Below are positions 16,896-26,715 of a DNA stretch of 46,424 nucleotides, one piece after another. How positions within the stretch are numbered: position 1 is the stretch's first letter; each line of letters opens with the position of its first letter. Source of the DNA: Rhodospirillaceae bacterium (lineage in GTDB: Bacteria > Pseudomonadota > Alphaproteobacteria > DSM-16000 > Inquilinaceae); the NCBI GenBank assembly GCA_020425485.1, contig JAGQRL010000029.1:1-46424 (forward strand), read 5' to 3'. Below the pieces are notes generated by a model. The model searched no databases and had not been told where the DNA came from. It saw only the letters and a list, made by a program, of their open reading frames with translations. The position numbers and the translations under genes were made by a program.

Positions 16896-18689
16896 TCAGG
16901 TGCTATAGGCGGTGAAATTCTTCAGCACGGCATCGGCGATCAGCCGCTTGGAGATCACGCCCACCACGTCGTCGATCCGCGGCACGCCCTCGCCGCGCAC
17001 CACCAGCGCGCGCTCCGCCCGCCCGCGGGAGAACCGCTGGAACAGCACGAACATGCTCTCGTCGGGGCGCGTCAGCACGTAGCGGTCGTCGCCGATTTCG
17101 CCGAGCGTGGTGTCTCCCACCGCCCATTGCAGGTCCCCCATGGGCTGGCGCAGCGCCACCACGCCGCCCACATGGCCATCGCGGTCGACGATGATGTGGG
17201 TGATCCGCTTGTCTTCCGGCAGGTCGTGCAGCTCTTCCACCGCCTCGCGCAACAGCTTGTCCGCCGGCATCACGGTGATGGAGCGGGTCATCACCTCCTC
17301 GGCGTGGCGCACCAGGAACATGTTGGAGTGGCGTTCCCGCGGGATGCGCTTGCCGCGCCAGGCCAGCTTGATGGTGTAGATGTTTTCCTTCGACAGCAGG
17401 CGGCGCACGCCGATGCCGAGCGACACCGCCAGGATCATCGGCACGATGATGTTGTAGTCCCGCGTCATCTCGAAAATCATGACGATGGCGGTCATCGCCG
17501 CCCCGGTGCCGGCGGCCACCATGCTGGCCATGCCGACCACCGCGAAATCGGGGATGGTGAATTCCGTTTCCGGCAGCATCGGCAGCAGCAGGGCGCCGAA
17601 GGCGGCCCCCAGCGTCGCCCCCATGAACAGCGAGGGCGAGAACACCCCGCCTGAAGCGCCGGAGCCCAGGCTCAAGGTCGTCGCCACCAGCTTGGCGACG
17701 AACAGCAGCGCCAGCAGGCCCAGCCACGTCATGTCGCCCTGCAGGATCGACTGGATGGTGCCGTAGCCGACGCCGTCGATGAAGTAGTGCCCGAAGCCGA
17801 GGTGGAGCCCGTACATCATCAGGCCCAGCACCAGCATGCCGACGGCGTGGGAGAGGTAGGGCCGCTTGGACCAGAAGGACCCTTCGAAATAGTCCTCCAT
17901 GGCGGTGAGCAGCCGCACGAAGGCCCAGGCGGCAACGCCGCACAGCAGCCCCAGCACCACGAAGCCCGCCAACGTCGACAGGTGGATGGGATGCAGGAAG
18001 CCGGGGTCCAGCACCGGCACGGCAAAGGCGGGATCGAGCCCGTAGGCCAGCCGGCCGATATAGGTGGCCGAACCGGTGGCAACCACCACCGGCAGGAAGG
18101 TGCGGGTGCTGAATTCCGGCATCATCAGCTCGATGGCGAACATCACCGCCCCCAGCGGCGTGTTGAACGTCGCCGCGATGCCGGCACCGGCACCGGCCGC
18201 CACCAGGGTGATGCGCTGCCAGGTGGGGATGCGCGCCAGCTGCCCGAGCGTGGAGCCCAGCGACGCGCCGATCTGGATGATCGGCCCCTCGCGGCCCACC
18301 GAGGCGCCGCTGCCGATGGACAGGGCGGAGGCCACCGACTTGACGAAGGCCACCACCGGGCGGATCCGCCCCTCGCGATAGTAGATCGCGTCCATCACCT
18401 CCGGCACGCCGTGGCCCTTGGCTTCCGGCGCGAAGGTGCGGACAAGGAAGACCACGCCCATGCCGCCGATCACCGGCACCAGGATCACCAGCGGCCCCCA
18501 GGCGCTCGGCGTTTCAAAGGCATTGCCCTGCCCGACCCAGCTAAATTCGCCGTAGAACAGAATATTGTGCACGATGGTGATCAATGACCGGAAGACCACC
18601 GCACCGCACCCGGTGACGACGCCGACGATCAGAGCAAACAGGCCAAGCATCCAGTAATTGGTGTGGCCTTCTTCTTCGGTCTTCTCCAT
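16896..18689 (-). CDS. ClC family chloride channel/antiporter with C-terminal CBS domain pair
   Basis: ClC selectivity motifs GSGASVGREGP, GKEGP-like EAKGHGVPE, and GGVFSPSL. The C-terminal region resembles a CBS pair. The ATG at 18689 is preceded by AGGA. The upstream extension of the ORF is P/R-rich. Confidence 0.9.
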   Translation of the reverse strand: MEKTEEEGHTNYWMLGLFALIVGVVTGCGAVVFRSLITIVHNILFYGEFSWVGQGNAFETPSAWGPLVILVPVIGGMGVVFLVRTFAPEAKGHGVPEVMDAIYYREGRIRPVVAFVKSVASALSIGSGASVGREGPIIQIGASLGSTLGQLARIPTWQRITLVAAGAGAGIAATFNTPLGAVMFAIELMMPEFSTRTFLPVVVATGSATYIGRLAYGLDPAFAVPVLDPGFLHPIHLSTLAGFVVLGLLCGVAAWAFVRLLTAMEDYFEGSFWSKRPYLSHAVGMLVLGLMMYGLHLGFGHYFIDGVGYGTIQSILQGDMTWLGLLALLFVAKLVATTLSLGSGASGGVFSPSLFMGATLGAAFGALLLPMLPETEFTIPDFAVVGMASMVAAGTGAAMTAIVMIFEMTRDYNIIVPMILAVSLGIGVRRLLSKENIYTIKLAWRGKRIPRERHSNMFLVRHAEEVMTRSITVMPADKLLREAVEELHDLPEDKRITHIIVDRDGHVGGVVALRQPMGDLQWAVGDTTLGEIGDDRYVLTRPDESMFVLFQRFSRGRAERALVVRGEGVPRIDDVVGVISKRLIADAVLKNFTAYST

Positions 18690-18921
18690 CGGTTTCCTAT
18701 CGAACTGCGAAACAGGCGCCAGGTCTTGGGAGGGCCGGCAGGGGCAATCGGGGGGAGCGACGCTGCCAAGGATATAGGCCGGAACTTGGGGTTGCGCCAA
18801 CCCGCGGCGCCTGCCGTGGGTCAGCCGCGGCGCCGCGTCTGGCCGGCCACTCTCTCCAAAGTGGTGGCGGCACGCCGCGCCGGCCGGTCCTGGCGGTTTG
18901 ACCCGGCCGGGTGCGGATGGC

Positions 18922-19494
18922 ATGTCTTCGGGCATGCAACGCAGTCTGATCTCCCGGATGCAGCGCCTGCCGACGACCGTCTGGCTGGGCGCCGGTGCCG
19001 CCGTTCTGTTCGTGCTCTATTTCGGCTTCGTGGAACTGATGGAAGCGCGGGAAGCTGCCCGCATCGCGGCGGAACGCCAGGAGGACCCCGCGCGCTATCT
19101 GGACGAGGTGCGCACCCGCCACGGGCTGGATGCCTATATCGAAGCCCTGGCCGACGTGCGCGATTTCGATACCTGGCGGGATCAGGCGCCGACCTTCCTG
19201 GTGGGCGCCTGGGCGCTGGTGGATGCCGACGCGGACACCGTGGGGGAAGACCCCGGCGCCCATTGCCTCACCGGGCTGGTGGTGGAGGACGGGCGGCTGC
19301 GCTATTTCGGCGACCGCCGCGACAGCTTCGCTGCCCGCTACCGCATCGAGGACACCACCATCCTGGTGGACCTGGCGGACGGCGGGGAAATCACCATGCG
19401 GTCGCCGCCCGATCCCTGGCACCCCCACCAGCTTGAAATCACCCTGCCGGGCAGCGAGGAGCCCTATTATGGCTTCCGCTGCGAGGTGTACTGA
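18922..19494 (+). CDS. Hypothetical membrane-anchored protein
   Basis: ORF with one N-terminal TM (TTVWLGAGAAVLFVLYFGFV) and an acidic soluble domain. Composition looks like real coding sequence. The start is uncertain (TTG 18898, ATG 18922 or ATG 18934). I recognise no family. Confidence 0.5.
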   Translation: MSSGMQRSLISRMQRLPTTVWLGAGAAVLFVLYFGFVELMEAREAARIAAERQEDPARYLDEVRTRHGLDAYIEALADVRDFDTWRDQAPTFLVGAWALVDADADTVGEDPGAHCLTGLVVEDGRLRYFGDRRDSFAARYRIEDTTILVDLADGGEITMRSPPDPWHPHQLEITLPGSEEPYYGFRCEVY

Positions 19495-19556
19495 GCGGGG
19501 TTTTCGGTGTTGGCGGCACCAGCCCGCTCCTCCACCCGGCCACCCAAACGCAAACA

Positions 19557-19595
19557 CGGCCCGCCGGGAGCATCCCGAACGGGCCGCGCTTTGTT
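19557..19595. terminator. GC-rich hairpin with T-rich or A-rich flanks between convergent genes; candidate bidirectional terminator
   Basis: CGGCCCG (19557-19563) pairs with CGGGCCG (19580-19586), with additional inner pairs. It is followed by CGCTTTGTT on the plus strand and by TGTTTGCGTTTGG on the minus strand. Confidence 0.45.
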
Positions 19596-19618
19596 GGTGC
19601 CGGAGGGGAGCCCGGCTC

Positions 19619-19646
19619 GCTGCCGTCACGCCGTCATGACGGCAGC
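19619..19646. terminator. 10-bp perfect stem hairpin 20 nt downstream of the tctC stop
   Basis: GCTGCCGTCA - 8 nt - TGACGGCAGC. There is no clear U-tract. Confidence 0.35.
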
Positions 19647-19666
19647 GTCAATCGATTTGCCGGGGC

Positions 19667-20623
19667 TTATTCCGACAGGTCGATATTGGCCAGCAGGTCG
19701 GCGAAGAACGCGTCTTCCGCCGCCAGGATTTCCGCCAGCTCGGCGGCCGGAGCGTAGTCGATCTCCGTCAGCGTGGTGCGGCCGTATTCCTGGAAGCTCT
19801 CGGCGTTCACCGCCACGTCGAAGGCGTGCGACAGGGTCTCGACCACCTCGTCCGGCGTGCCGGCCGGCACCCAGACGGCGATATTCGGCGGCAAGGCCAG
19901 GTCGATGCCCACTTCGCGCAGGGTCGGCACGTCGGGCGCCACCGAAGCGCGCTCTTCGCTCAACTGGGCCAGCGGCACCAGGTTGCCGCCGTCCGCCTGG
20001 GGCATGATCGCCGAGGCATAGCCGAGCACCAGGTCGACATCGCCGGCCACCGCCGCGGCGATCGCCGGGGTCACGCCGCCGAAGGGAATGTGGAACAGCT
20101 CGATCCCGGCGGCCCGGGCAATGGCTTCCGCCGCGATATGGGTGGCACCGCCGGTACCGGCACTGCCGTAGCTCACCTCATCGGGATGGGCCGAGGCGTA
20201 TTCCACCATGCCTTCGATGGTGTCGAACGGCGCGCCGGTGCGCGCGGCAATGACATTGGGACCGACGGCGACGCGGGCCACCGGCACCAGGTCATCGAAG
20301 CCATAGGGCAGCTCGCGCTGGTGCGGCGCCACGGTCTGCACCGAGCTGACGGCGAACAGCAGCGTGTAGCCATCGGGGTCGGCACTGGCGACCGAGGCGG
20401 CCCCCACCGTGCCGCCGGCACCCGGCCGGCTTTCTACCACCACCGGCTGGCCCAGCTCTGCCGACAGGCCTTCCGACAGGGTGCGGGCCAGCGTGTCGGT
20501 GGCGCCGGGCGAGTAGGGCACCACGATGGTGATGGCGCGATCGGGGTAGTCCTGGGCATTGGCCGACGCTGCCCCGAGGGCCAGCGCCGTGCCGATCATC
20601 ACTGCGGTAAGCTTGCGTGTCAT
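19667..20623 (-). CDS. tctC: Tripartite tricarboxylate transporter (TTT) substrate-binding protein, Bug/TctC family
   Basis: Signal peptide MTRKLTAVMIGTALALGAASANA, then Bug-family signatures ITIVVPYSPGATDTLAR ... VVVESRPGAGGTVGA ... DGYTLLF. AGGAGAGG RBS. Confidence 0.9.
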   Translation of the reverse strand: MTRKLTAVMIGTALALGAASANAQDYPDRAITIVVPYSPGATDTLARTLSEGLSAELGQPVVVESRPGAGGTVGAASVASADPDGYTLLFAVSSVQTVAPHQRELPYGFDDLVPVARVAVGPNVIAARTGAPFDTIEGMVEYASAHPDEVSYGSAGTGGATHIAAEAIARAAGIELFHIPFGGVTPAIAAAVAGDVDLVLGYASAIMPQADGGNLVPLAQLSEERASVAPDVPTLREVGIDLALPPNIAVWVPAGTPDEVVETLSHAFDVAVNAESFQEYGRTTLTEIDYAPAAELAEILAAEDAFFADLLANIDLSE

Positions 20624-20674
20624 CGTACCTCTCCTGATCGGGTTGGGAGTTTTGGATCCTTCGTCATTCAGCCC

Positions 20675-22078
20675 TCATGCGGCGGCCGACAGGCGGTCGC
20701 GCACCGCTGCGGTGCCGGCGATCTGGCCGAGCCCCAGCGCCCCCAGCAGCCCGTTGCCCGAGGCATAGCCGCGGCTGCCGGCAAGCCCGCTGATCCCCAC
20801 CGCCGCCCCGCCGCCGGCATAAAGCCCGGGGATCGGCTCGCCCGCGGCGGTCAGCACGCGGGCCTCGCGGTCCACCATCAGGCCGCCCTGGGTGTGCAGC
20901 ACGGCGGGTGCCACGCGGGTGGCGCGGAGATGGCCGTGCGACAGGCCACCGCCCCAGGCGCTGCGGCCGAACGGGCAGGCCAGGGTGCCATCGGCCGCCA
21001 GGGCCACTTCCGCCAGCGTGTCGGCCAGCAGGTCGGGATCGGCGCCGATCTTGGCGGCGAGCGCTTCGGGGCTGTCCCCGCCGGCAAAGCCGCCCATGGC
21101 GCCAAGTTCGGCGAAATCGGGTTGGCCGGCGCCCACCAGGTCGGCGATGCGGTCGTCGTAGATCACGAAGAAGGGGCCGGAGCGGGCCAGCTCCTCATCG
21201 GCGAAGGCGGAATAGCCCAGCGTCTCGTCGCCGAAGCGGCGGCCGGCGGCATCCACCACGATCCCGCCCTTCTCCACCACCGTCCAGGTCACCAGCGTGC
21301 CGTGGGGATCGGCGAAGGAGGCATGGGCCTGGTAGGCGCCCAGATTGCCGAAACCGGCCCCCAAGGCGGCCCCCCAGCGCAGCGCTTCGCCCTGGCTGCC
21401 CGGTGCCCCGGCATAGGGGGCGCCGGCGGCCACCGGGCAATGGGCGGCCAGCAGGTCCGGTGCGGCGGCAAAGCCGTTCACCGCCAGCACCACGGCGGCC
21501 GCACCGATGCGCGCGGTATCGCCATGGGCGGTTTCGGTGACCGCCCCCACCACGCGGCCGCCGTCCACCAGCAGCTCGCGCGCCGGGTTGCCGAAGGCCA
21601 CCGGGATGCCGCGCACGTCCGCCGCCTTCAGCAGGCCGGCCATCAGGGTTTCGCCGCGCCGGTCCGGCGGCGCGTGCAGCCGGTGCACGCTGTGGCCCAC
21701 ATGCTTGTAGGTGTCGATCAGCGTCAGCTCGATGCCGACGCGGTCGACCAGCCATTCCACCAGCGGGGCGGACTGGGCCGCCAGCCGTTCGGTGAGGTGC
21801 ATGGCTTCGTGCGGGCCGGTCACCGCCGCCAGGTCGGCCACGTAGGTTTCCGGGGAATCGACGATGCCGGCGGCGCGCTGGAAACGGGTGCCCGCACCGG
21901 GGATGGAGCCGCTGGACAGCACCGTGTTGCCCATGGGCCGGTCCTGCTTTTCCACCACCGCGACCTCGGCCCCCAGGTCGTTGGCGGCGAGCGCGGCAAC
22001 GAGCCCGCAACCGCCGGCTCCGATCACCAGCACATCCACCGTGGCGTCGTGGGGGGAGGCGCCGCCGCCTGGCATCAT
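20675..22078 (-). CDS. FAD-dependent oxidoreductase of the succinate dehydrogenase/fumarate reductase flavoprotein superfamily (FAD_binding_2; TcuA/KstD-like)
   Basis: Dinucleotide fold DVLVIGAGGCGLVAALAA ... VVEK and C-terminal HTQGGL ... GLYAGGG. 467 aa. ATGA overlap with the upstream gene. Confidence 0.8.
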   Translation of the reverse strand: MMPGGGASPHDATVDVLVIGAGGCGLVAALAANDLGAEVAVVEKQDRPMGNTVLSSGSIPGAGTRFQRAAGIVDSPETYVADLAAVTGPHEAMHLTERLAAQSAPLVEWLVDRVGIELTLIDTYKHVGHSVHRLHAPPDRRGETLMAGLLKAADVRGIPVAFGNPARELLVDGGRVVGAVTETAHGDTARIGAAAVVLAVNGFAAAPDLLAAHCPVAAGAPYAGAPGSQGEALRWGAALGAGFGNLGAYQAHASFADPHGTLVTWTVVEKGGIVVDAAGRRFGDETLGYSAFADEELARSGPFFVIYDDRIADLVGAGQPDFAELGAMGGFAGGDSPEALAAKIGADPDLLADTLAEVALAADGTLACPFGRSAWGGGLSHGHLRATRVAPAVLHTQGGLMVDREARVLTAAGEPIPGLYAGGGAAVGISGLAGSRGYASGNGLLGALGLGQIAGTAAVRDRLSAAA

Positions 22079-23019
22079 GGCCCCCCGTCGCGCTGGGCGT
22101 ATTTCTGGTCGAAGGCTTCGGTGGTCAGCAGCCGCTTTTCCAGGGCGCGCGCCTCCGCATAGCCCATCAGGTCCATGATGTCGTCGATGCTGGCCAACAG
22201 GTCCGGCCGGTCGATCGGCTCGCCCGTCTCGATCACGCCGCGCATCAGGCTGAGTGCGGTCGTCATGGCCTTGATGGCGGCGGCCGGCAGCATGCGCGGC
22301 AGGCTGACCCGGCGCACCCCCAGCTCACGCAGCCGCGGCAGTGCGATCAGCGGCGTGGTGGGGCGCGAGCGGATGCCGAAGCCCATGTTGACGGACACCG
22401 GCACGCCGGCGGCTTCGACGATGCGGGCGATGTCGTCCTCGGTCTTCACCGCATCGGGGAAGATCACATCGGCGCCGGCGGCCACATAGGCGGCGATGCG
22501 GGCGCACGCCCCCTCGATCCCTTCCATCGCCAGGGCATCGGTGCGGGCGACGATGACGAAATCGTCGTCGCGGCGGGCCAGGCACGCCGCTTCGATCTTC
22601 TTCACCATCTCCGCGGCCGGCACGACTTCCTTGCCCGGCATGTGGCCGCAGCGCTTGGGGCTGACCTGGTCTTCGATGTTGATGCCGACGGCACCGGCAT
22701 CCTCGAACTCGCGCACCGTGTGGTGCACGTTCACCGGATTGCCGTAGCCGGTATCGGCATCGCAGGTGACGGGGATGGACACGGCACGCACGATGTTGCG
22801 GCACTGGTCCACATTCTCCGCCAGCCCCATCACCCCCATGTCGGCGATGCCGAGGCGCGAGTTGGAGATGGCGGCCCCGCTTGTCGCCGCCGTCTTGAAC
22901 CCGGCGGCTTCCACCAGGCGGGCGCTGTAGCCGTCATAGACACCGGGGGAAACGACCAGGTCGTCGCCGGCCAGGAGCGTGCGGTAGGCTCGCGCTTTCG
23001 TTTCAACCATCTGCAGCAT
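22075..23019 (-). CDS. Isocitrate lyase/PEP mutase family enzyme (2-methylisocitrate lyase or carboxyvinyl-carboxyphosphonate phosphorylmutase-like)
   Basis: Motifs VSPGVYDGYSARL, PVTCDADTGYG, GINIEDQVSPKRCGHMPGKEV, ARTDA. The ATG at 23019 is preceded by GGAG. Confidence 0.85.
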   Translation of the reverse strand: MLQMVETKARAYRTLLAGDDLVVSPGVYDGYSARLVEAAGFKTAATSGAAISNSRLGIADMGVMGLAENVDQCRNIVRAVSIPVTCDADTGYGNPVNVHHTVREFEDAGAVGINIEDQVSPKRCGHMPGKEVVPAAEMVKKIEAACLARRDDDFVIVARTDALAMEGIEGACARIAAYVAAGADVIFPDAVKTEDDIARIVEAAGVPVSVNMGFGIRSRPTTPLIALPRLRELGVRRVSLPRMLPAAAIKAMTTALSLMRGVIETGEPIDRPDLLASIDDIMDLMGYAEARALEKRLLTTEAFDQKYAQRDGGP

Positions 23020-23710
23020 TGGGGCTCCGTTGCCGGCGGCCGGCGGCCGGCCGGTCGGTCGTGGCAGCCGCGCCATCGCCATCGGCGGCTTCCAGCCGGG
23101 CCGACAGGTGGGCGGCCGCCCGCTTGATGTGCGAGCGCATCAGGGATTCCGCCAGATCCTCGTCGCGCATCTGGATGGCGCGGAGGATCTGCCAGTGTTC
23201 GTGGTAGGCATCGGTGCGGCGGTTGCCTTCGTCGCCCGAGCGGCGGCGGTAGAGCCGGAACAGGTGGTAGAGGTCGCCGCACAGGGCATCGATGATGCGG
23301 GTGTTGCCGCTGGCCATGGCGAGCCGCGCATGCAGGTCGAAGGCCGGCCGGCCGCCATTGCTGCTGCGCGCCGCTTCCAGATCCTCAAACAGCTTGTCCA
23401 GCTCCACCTCGCTGACGCGGCGGGCGGCCAGGCGCGCGGCGTAGCCTTCGATGGCCTCGCGCATCTGGAACAGCTCGATCATCTCGCGCGGCGACAAGGT
23501 GACGACGCGCGCGCGCATATAAGGTTCGCGGGTGACGAGCTGGATGCCCTGCAGGCGCCGCACCGCTTCGCGCACCGGGCCGCGGCTGACGCCGAATTCC
23601 TGCGCCAGGCTGGTTTCGTTGATGATCTCGCCGGGCGCGATCTCGCAGGCATCGATCTTCGCGAGCATGCGCTGAAACACGTCCTCGCCCAGGGAAACTG
23701 CCTTGTCCAT
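23003..23710 (-). CDS. GntR family transcriptional regulator (FadR/FCD subfamily)
   Basis: wHTH region INETSLAQEFGVSRGPVREAVRRLQGIQLV followed by a helical FCD-like domain. The 3' end overlaps the next gene by 17 nt. Confidence 0.85.
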   Translation of the reverse strand: MDKAVSLGEDVFQRMLAKIDACEIAPGEIINETSLAQEFGVSRGPVREAVRRLQGIQLVTREPYMRARVVTLSPREMIELFQMREAIEGYAARLAARRVSEVELDKLFEDLEAARSSNGGRPAFDLHARLAMASGNTRIIDALCGDLYHLFRLYRRRSGDEGNRRTDAYHEHWQILRAIQMRDEDLAESLMRSHIKRAAAHLSARLEAADGDGAAATTDRPAAGRRQRSPNAADG

Positions 23711-23734
23711 GCCGCCTCAATGCCCCGCCAAACC

Positions 23735-23930
23735 GTCAACACTTTTCGTTTGATCAAGCAATGTGTCAACGTTTTTTGCCGTAGGGTTATCTGGGCATGA
23801 CACCGGGGCCGGTTCAGTTGCCACAAAACCCTATATATTTCAGACGATAGTATGCCTTTCCATAAGATCCATCTCAAGATCCGCCTCGCAGAGGCGCTGT
23901 AAGAGAGAACGATACAGCAAAAGAGTTGAC
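23735..23930. promoter_or_regulatory. AT-rich divergent promoter region with repeated GTCAAC/GTTGAC boxes and a TTGATCAA palindrome; candidate GntR operators
   Basis: GTCAAC at 23735-23740 and 23765-23770 flank TTGATCAA (23750-23757). GTTGAC is at 23925-23930. Each box fits the GT-N2-AC core. This is the lowest-GC stretch of the cluster. Confidence 0.35.
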
Positions 23931-24003
23931 AGTTTTGCCACCGGCCGGACACACTGAAGAGCGGGTCATCCACAGGCCCCGCACTTCTTTTCCGGAGGAC
24001 GGC

Positions 24004-26715
24004 GTGACCCGGTCGTGCGCCCGCGCACACAGCAGGGATGGCTTCAAGCGGTTTGCCGATATCGCGGCTGCCGCCCACCGCCACACCCGCCCGGTCGAAG
24101 AGCTGCCCTACGCCATCCGCGTGCTGCTGGAAAACCTGGAACGCCAGGTCCTCACCCGCCCGGCCACCGCCGTGTCCGAAGCCGATATCGCCGCCACCGT
24201 GGCGTTCGAGGACTTTTCCGGCCGCGGCCTGGCGCTCGCCGTCCCTCGGGTGATCCTGCCGGATTCCAGCGGCGTGCCGGCCTTGCAGGATCTGGCCGCC
24301 CTGCGCGATGCCATCCACCGTGCCGGCGGCGACGCCGCGGCCGTCGAGCCGCGGGTGCCGGTGGACGTGATCGTCGACCACTCCTTGCAGGTGGACCGCG
24401 CCGGCAGCCCCGACGCGCGCGTGCACAACATGAAGCTGGAGCTGGAGCGCAACGCCGAGCGCTACCGCTTCCTGCGCTGGGCCCAGGGCGCCTTCACGGC
24501 GGTGCGGGTGTTCCCGCCGGGCTCCGGCATCATCCACCAGATCAATCTGGAGCATATCGCGGAGGTCGTGCGCGTCGATGCGGACGGCCTCGCCTACCCC
24601 GATTTCGTCATCGGCGGCGATTCCCATACCCCCATGGTGAATGGGCTGGGCGTGCTTGGCTGGGGCGTCGGCGGCATCGACGCCGTCGCTGCCATGCTGG
24701 GCCAGGACTACGTGTTCTCCCTGCCCGGCGTCGCCGGTGTGGAGCTGGTGGGCACCTTGCCCGCCGGCTCCACCACCACCGATCTGGCCCTGCACGTCAC
24801 CCAGGCGCTGCGGGCCGAGGATGTGGTGGGCTGCTTCGTGGAATTCTTCGGGCCGGCGGCCGCCGCCCTGTCGGTGCCCGAACGCGCCACCCTGGCCAAC
24901 ATGGCGCCGGAATACGGCGCCTCGGCCGGCTATTTCCCCATCGATCGGCGCACCGTGGACTATCTGGCCGCCACCCGCTCGCCGGCGAAGGCCCGGCTGG
25001 TGGAAGCCTATGCCCGCGCCAACGCGCTGTTTCGCGACGCTGCGGGTGCCGCGCCGGCCTATCCCCGCGTGGTGCGCATCGACCTGGGCGATGTGCGACC
25101 CTCCGTCGCCGGGCCGAAGCGCCCGCAGGACCGGCTGGACCTCGCCGCCATCCGCCCGGACTTCGAAGCCCGGCTTGCCCGCCCGCTGGCGGAGGACGGG
25201 TTTGCCGCCGCCGATCCCGGCCGCCGCACCCAGAAGGGCCGGCTCGGCCACGGCAGCGTGGCCATCGCCGCCATCACCTCGTGCACCAACACCTCCAACC
25301 CGCGGGTGATGCTGGCCGCCGGCCTGGTGGCGCAGAAGGCCGCCGCCCTGGGGCTGACGGTGCCGGCGCATGTGAAAACCTCCATGGCCCCCGGCTCCCG
25401 CGCCGTCACCTTATATCTGGAGGAAACCGGGCTGCTCGCCCCCCTGGAGCGGCTGGGCTTCCACGTGGTGGGCTATGGCTGCACCACCTGCGGCGGCAAG
25501 TCCGGCCCGCTCAGGGCGGACATCGCGGCGGAAATCGAAGCCGGCGGCCTGGTGGCCGCCGCCGTGCTGTCCGGCAACCGCAATTTCGAAGGCCGCATCC
25601 ACCGCCTCGTGCGGGCCAACTACATCATGTCGCCGCCGCTGGTGGTGGCCTTCGCGCTGGCCGGGCGGGTGGATATCGACCTGACGGCAGCCCCGCTGGC
25701 CCACACCGCGGACGGCCGCGCCGTCCACCTGGCCGATCTGTGGCCGACGGAGGACGAGATCGCCGCCCACCTCGCCGTGGCGGAGGACGGGGCCTGCCTG
25801 CACCGGGCCTATGCCGCCGCGGACACCGGCGCTGGCGCCTGGGCCGGCGAGGCTGAGGAGGGGCAAGCGGGCTCGGCCCTGTTCCCGTGGGATCCGGCCT
25901 CGCACTACCTGGTGGAACCGCCCTTCCTGGCCGCCGCCCAGGCCGGCACCTGTTCGTCCCGCGATCTCGCCGGGGCGCGCGTGCTGGGGCTGTTCGGGGA
26001 TTCGCTGACCACCGACCACATCTCCCCCGGCGGCGAGATCCCGGTGGACAGCGAAGCCGGCCGCTACCTGCTGGCCCAGGGCATTCCGCGCGAAGCCTTC
26101 AACAGCTATGTCGGGCGGCGCGGCAACCACCATGTGATGACGCGCGCCACCTTCGCCAATCTGCGCATCAAGAACCGCCTGGCGCCGGGCCGCGAAGGCG
26201 GCTGGACACGGCATTTCCCCAGCGGCGAGGTGGTGTCGATCTTCGAAGCCGCCCGGCGCTACCGCGACGCCGGCGTGGCGATGATCGTCATGGCGGGCAG
26301 CGAATACGGCACCGGCAGCAGCCGCGACTGGGCCGCCAAGGGCACCGCGCTCTTGGGCGTGCGCGCGGTGATCGCCGGCTCGTTCGAGCGCATCCACCGC
26401 TCCAACCTGATCGGCCTGGGCGTGCTGCCGCTGGCCTTCGACGACGGAGCGACGGCCGACAGCCTGGGGCTTGACGGCAGCGAGACCTACGATTTCGCCG
26501 ACACCGCCGAAGCCATCGCCGGCACCTGCCCGGTGGCCGTGACCGTCCACCACGCCGATGGGCGCCGCACCGGCTTTACGGCGACGCCGCAACTCCTCAA
26601 CGATGCCGAACGGCGCATCCTTCTGGACGGCGGGGTGCTGCCCCGCGTCTTCCACGCCATCCTCCGCGACCAGAGCGAAACGCGGGCACCAAGCCACGGA
26701 GCGTGTCTTGCTTGA
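24004..26715 (+). CDS. Aconitate hydratase A-type (monomeric, about 903 aa) aconitase-family paralog
   Basis: Motifs LPYAIRVLLENLER, IGGDSHTPMVNG, ITSCTNTSNP, GYGCTTCGGKSGP (Fe-S cysteines), SGNRNFEGR and a swivel domain. GTG start at 24004 with GGAGGA 4 nt upstream. Confidence 0.85.
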   Translation: MTRSCARAHSRDGFKRFADIAAAAHRHTRPVEELPYAIRVLLENLERQVLTRPATAVSEADIAATVAFEDFSGRGLALAVPRVILPDSSGVPALQDLAALRDAIHRAGGDAAAVEPRVPVDVIVDHSLQVDRAGSPDARVHNMKLELERNAERYRFLRWAQGAFTAVRVFPPGSGIIHQINLEHIAEVVRVDADGLAYPDFVIGGDSHTPMVNGLGVLGWGVGGIDAVAAMLGQDYVFSLPGVAGVELVGTLPAGSTTTDLALHVTQALRAEDVVGCFVEFFGPAAAALSVPERATLANMAPEYGASAGYFPIDRRTVDYLAATRSPAKARLVEAYARANALFRDAAGAAPAYPRVVRIDLGDVRPSVAGPKRPQDRLDLAAIRPDFEARLARPLAEDGFAAADPGRRTQKGRLGHGSVAIAAITSCTNTSNPRVMLAAGLVAQKAAALGLTVPAHVKTSMAPGSRAVTLYLEETGLLAPLERLGFHVVGYGCTTCGGKSGPLRADIAAEIEAGGLVAAAVLSGNRNFEGRIHRLVRANYIMSPPLVVAFALAGRVDIDLTAAPLAHTADGRAVHLADLWPTEDEIAAHLAVAEDGACLHRAYAAADTGAGAWAGEAEEGQAGSALFPWDPASHYLVEPPFLAAAQAGTCSSRDLAGARVLGLFGDSLTTDHISPGGEIPVDSEAGRYLLAQGIPREAFNSYVGRRGNHHVMTRATFANLRIKNRLAPGREGGWTRHFPSGEVVSIFEAARRYRDAGVAMIVMAGSEYGTGSSRDWAAKGTALLGVRAVIAGSFERIHRSNLIGLGVLPLAFDDGATADSLGLDGSETYDFADTAEAIAGTCPVAVTVHHADGRRTGFTATPQLLNDAERRILLDGGVLPRVFHAILRDQSETRAPSHGACLA

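Noticed and set aside
18690-18921. Possible fluoride (crcB-motif) riboswitch upstream of the ClC gene.
   Set aside because: Reading the minus-strand leader, I found no match to the conserved fluoride riboswitch core. The channel also carries CBS domains like canonical ClC proteins rather than the short ClC-F type.
18690-18935. 82-aa upstream extension of the ClC ORF.
   Set aside because: The extension is P/R/G-rich and non-membrane. The ATG at 18689 has an AGGA Shine-Dalgarno and gives a canonical ClC N-terminus.
23926-24003. TTG at 23926 as the aconitase start.
   Set aside because: There is no RBS. The GTG at 24004 has a strong GGAGGA 4 nt upstream and gives a length and N-terminus consistent with AcnA. 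The TTG lies inside a putative -35/operator box.
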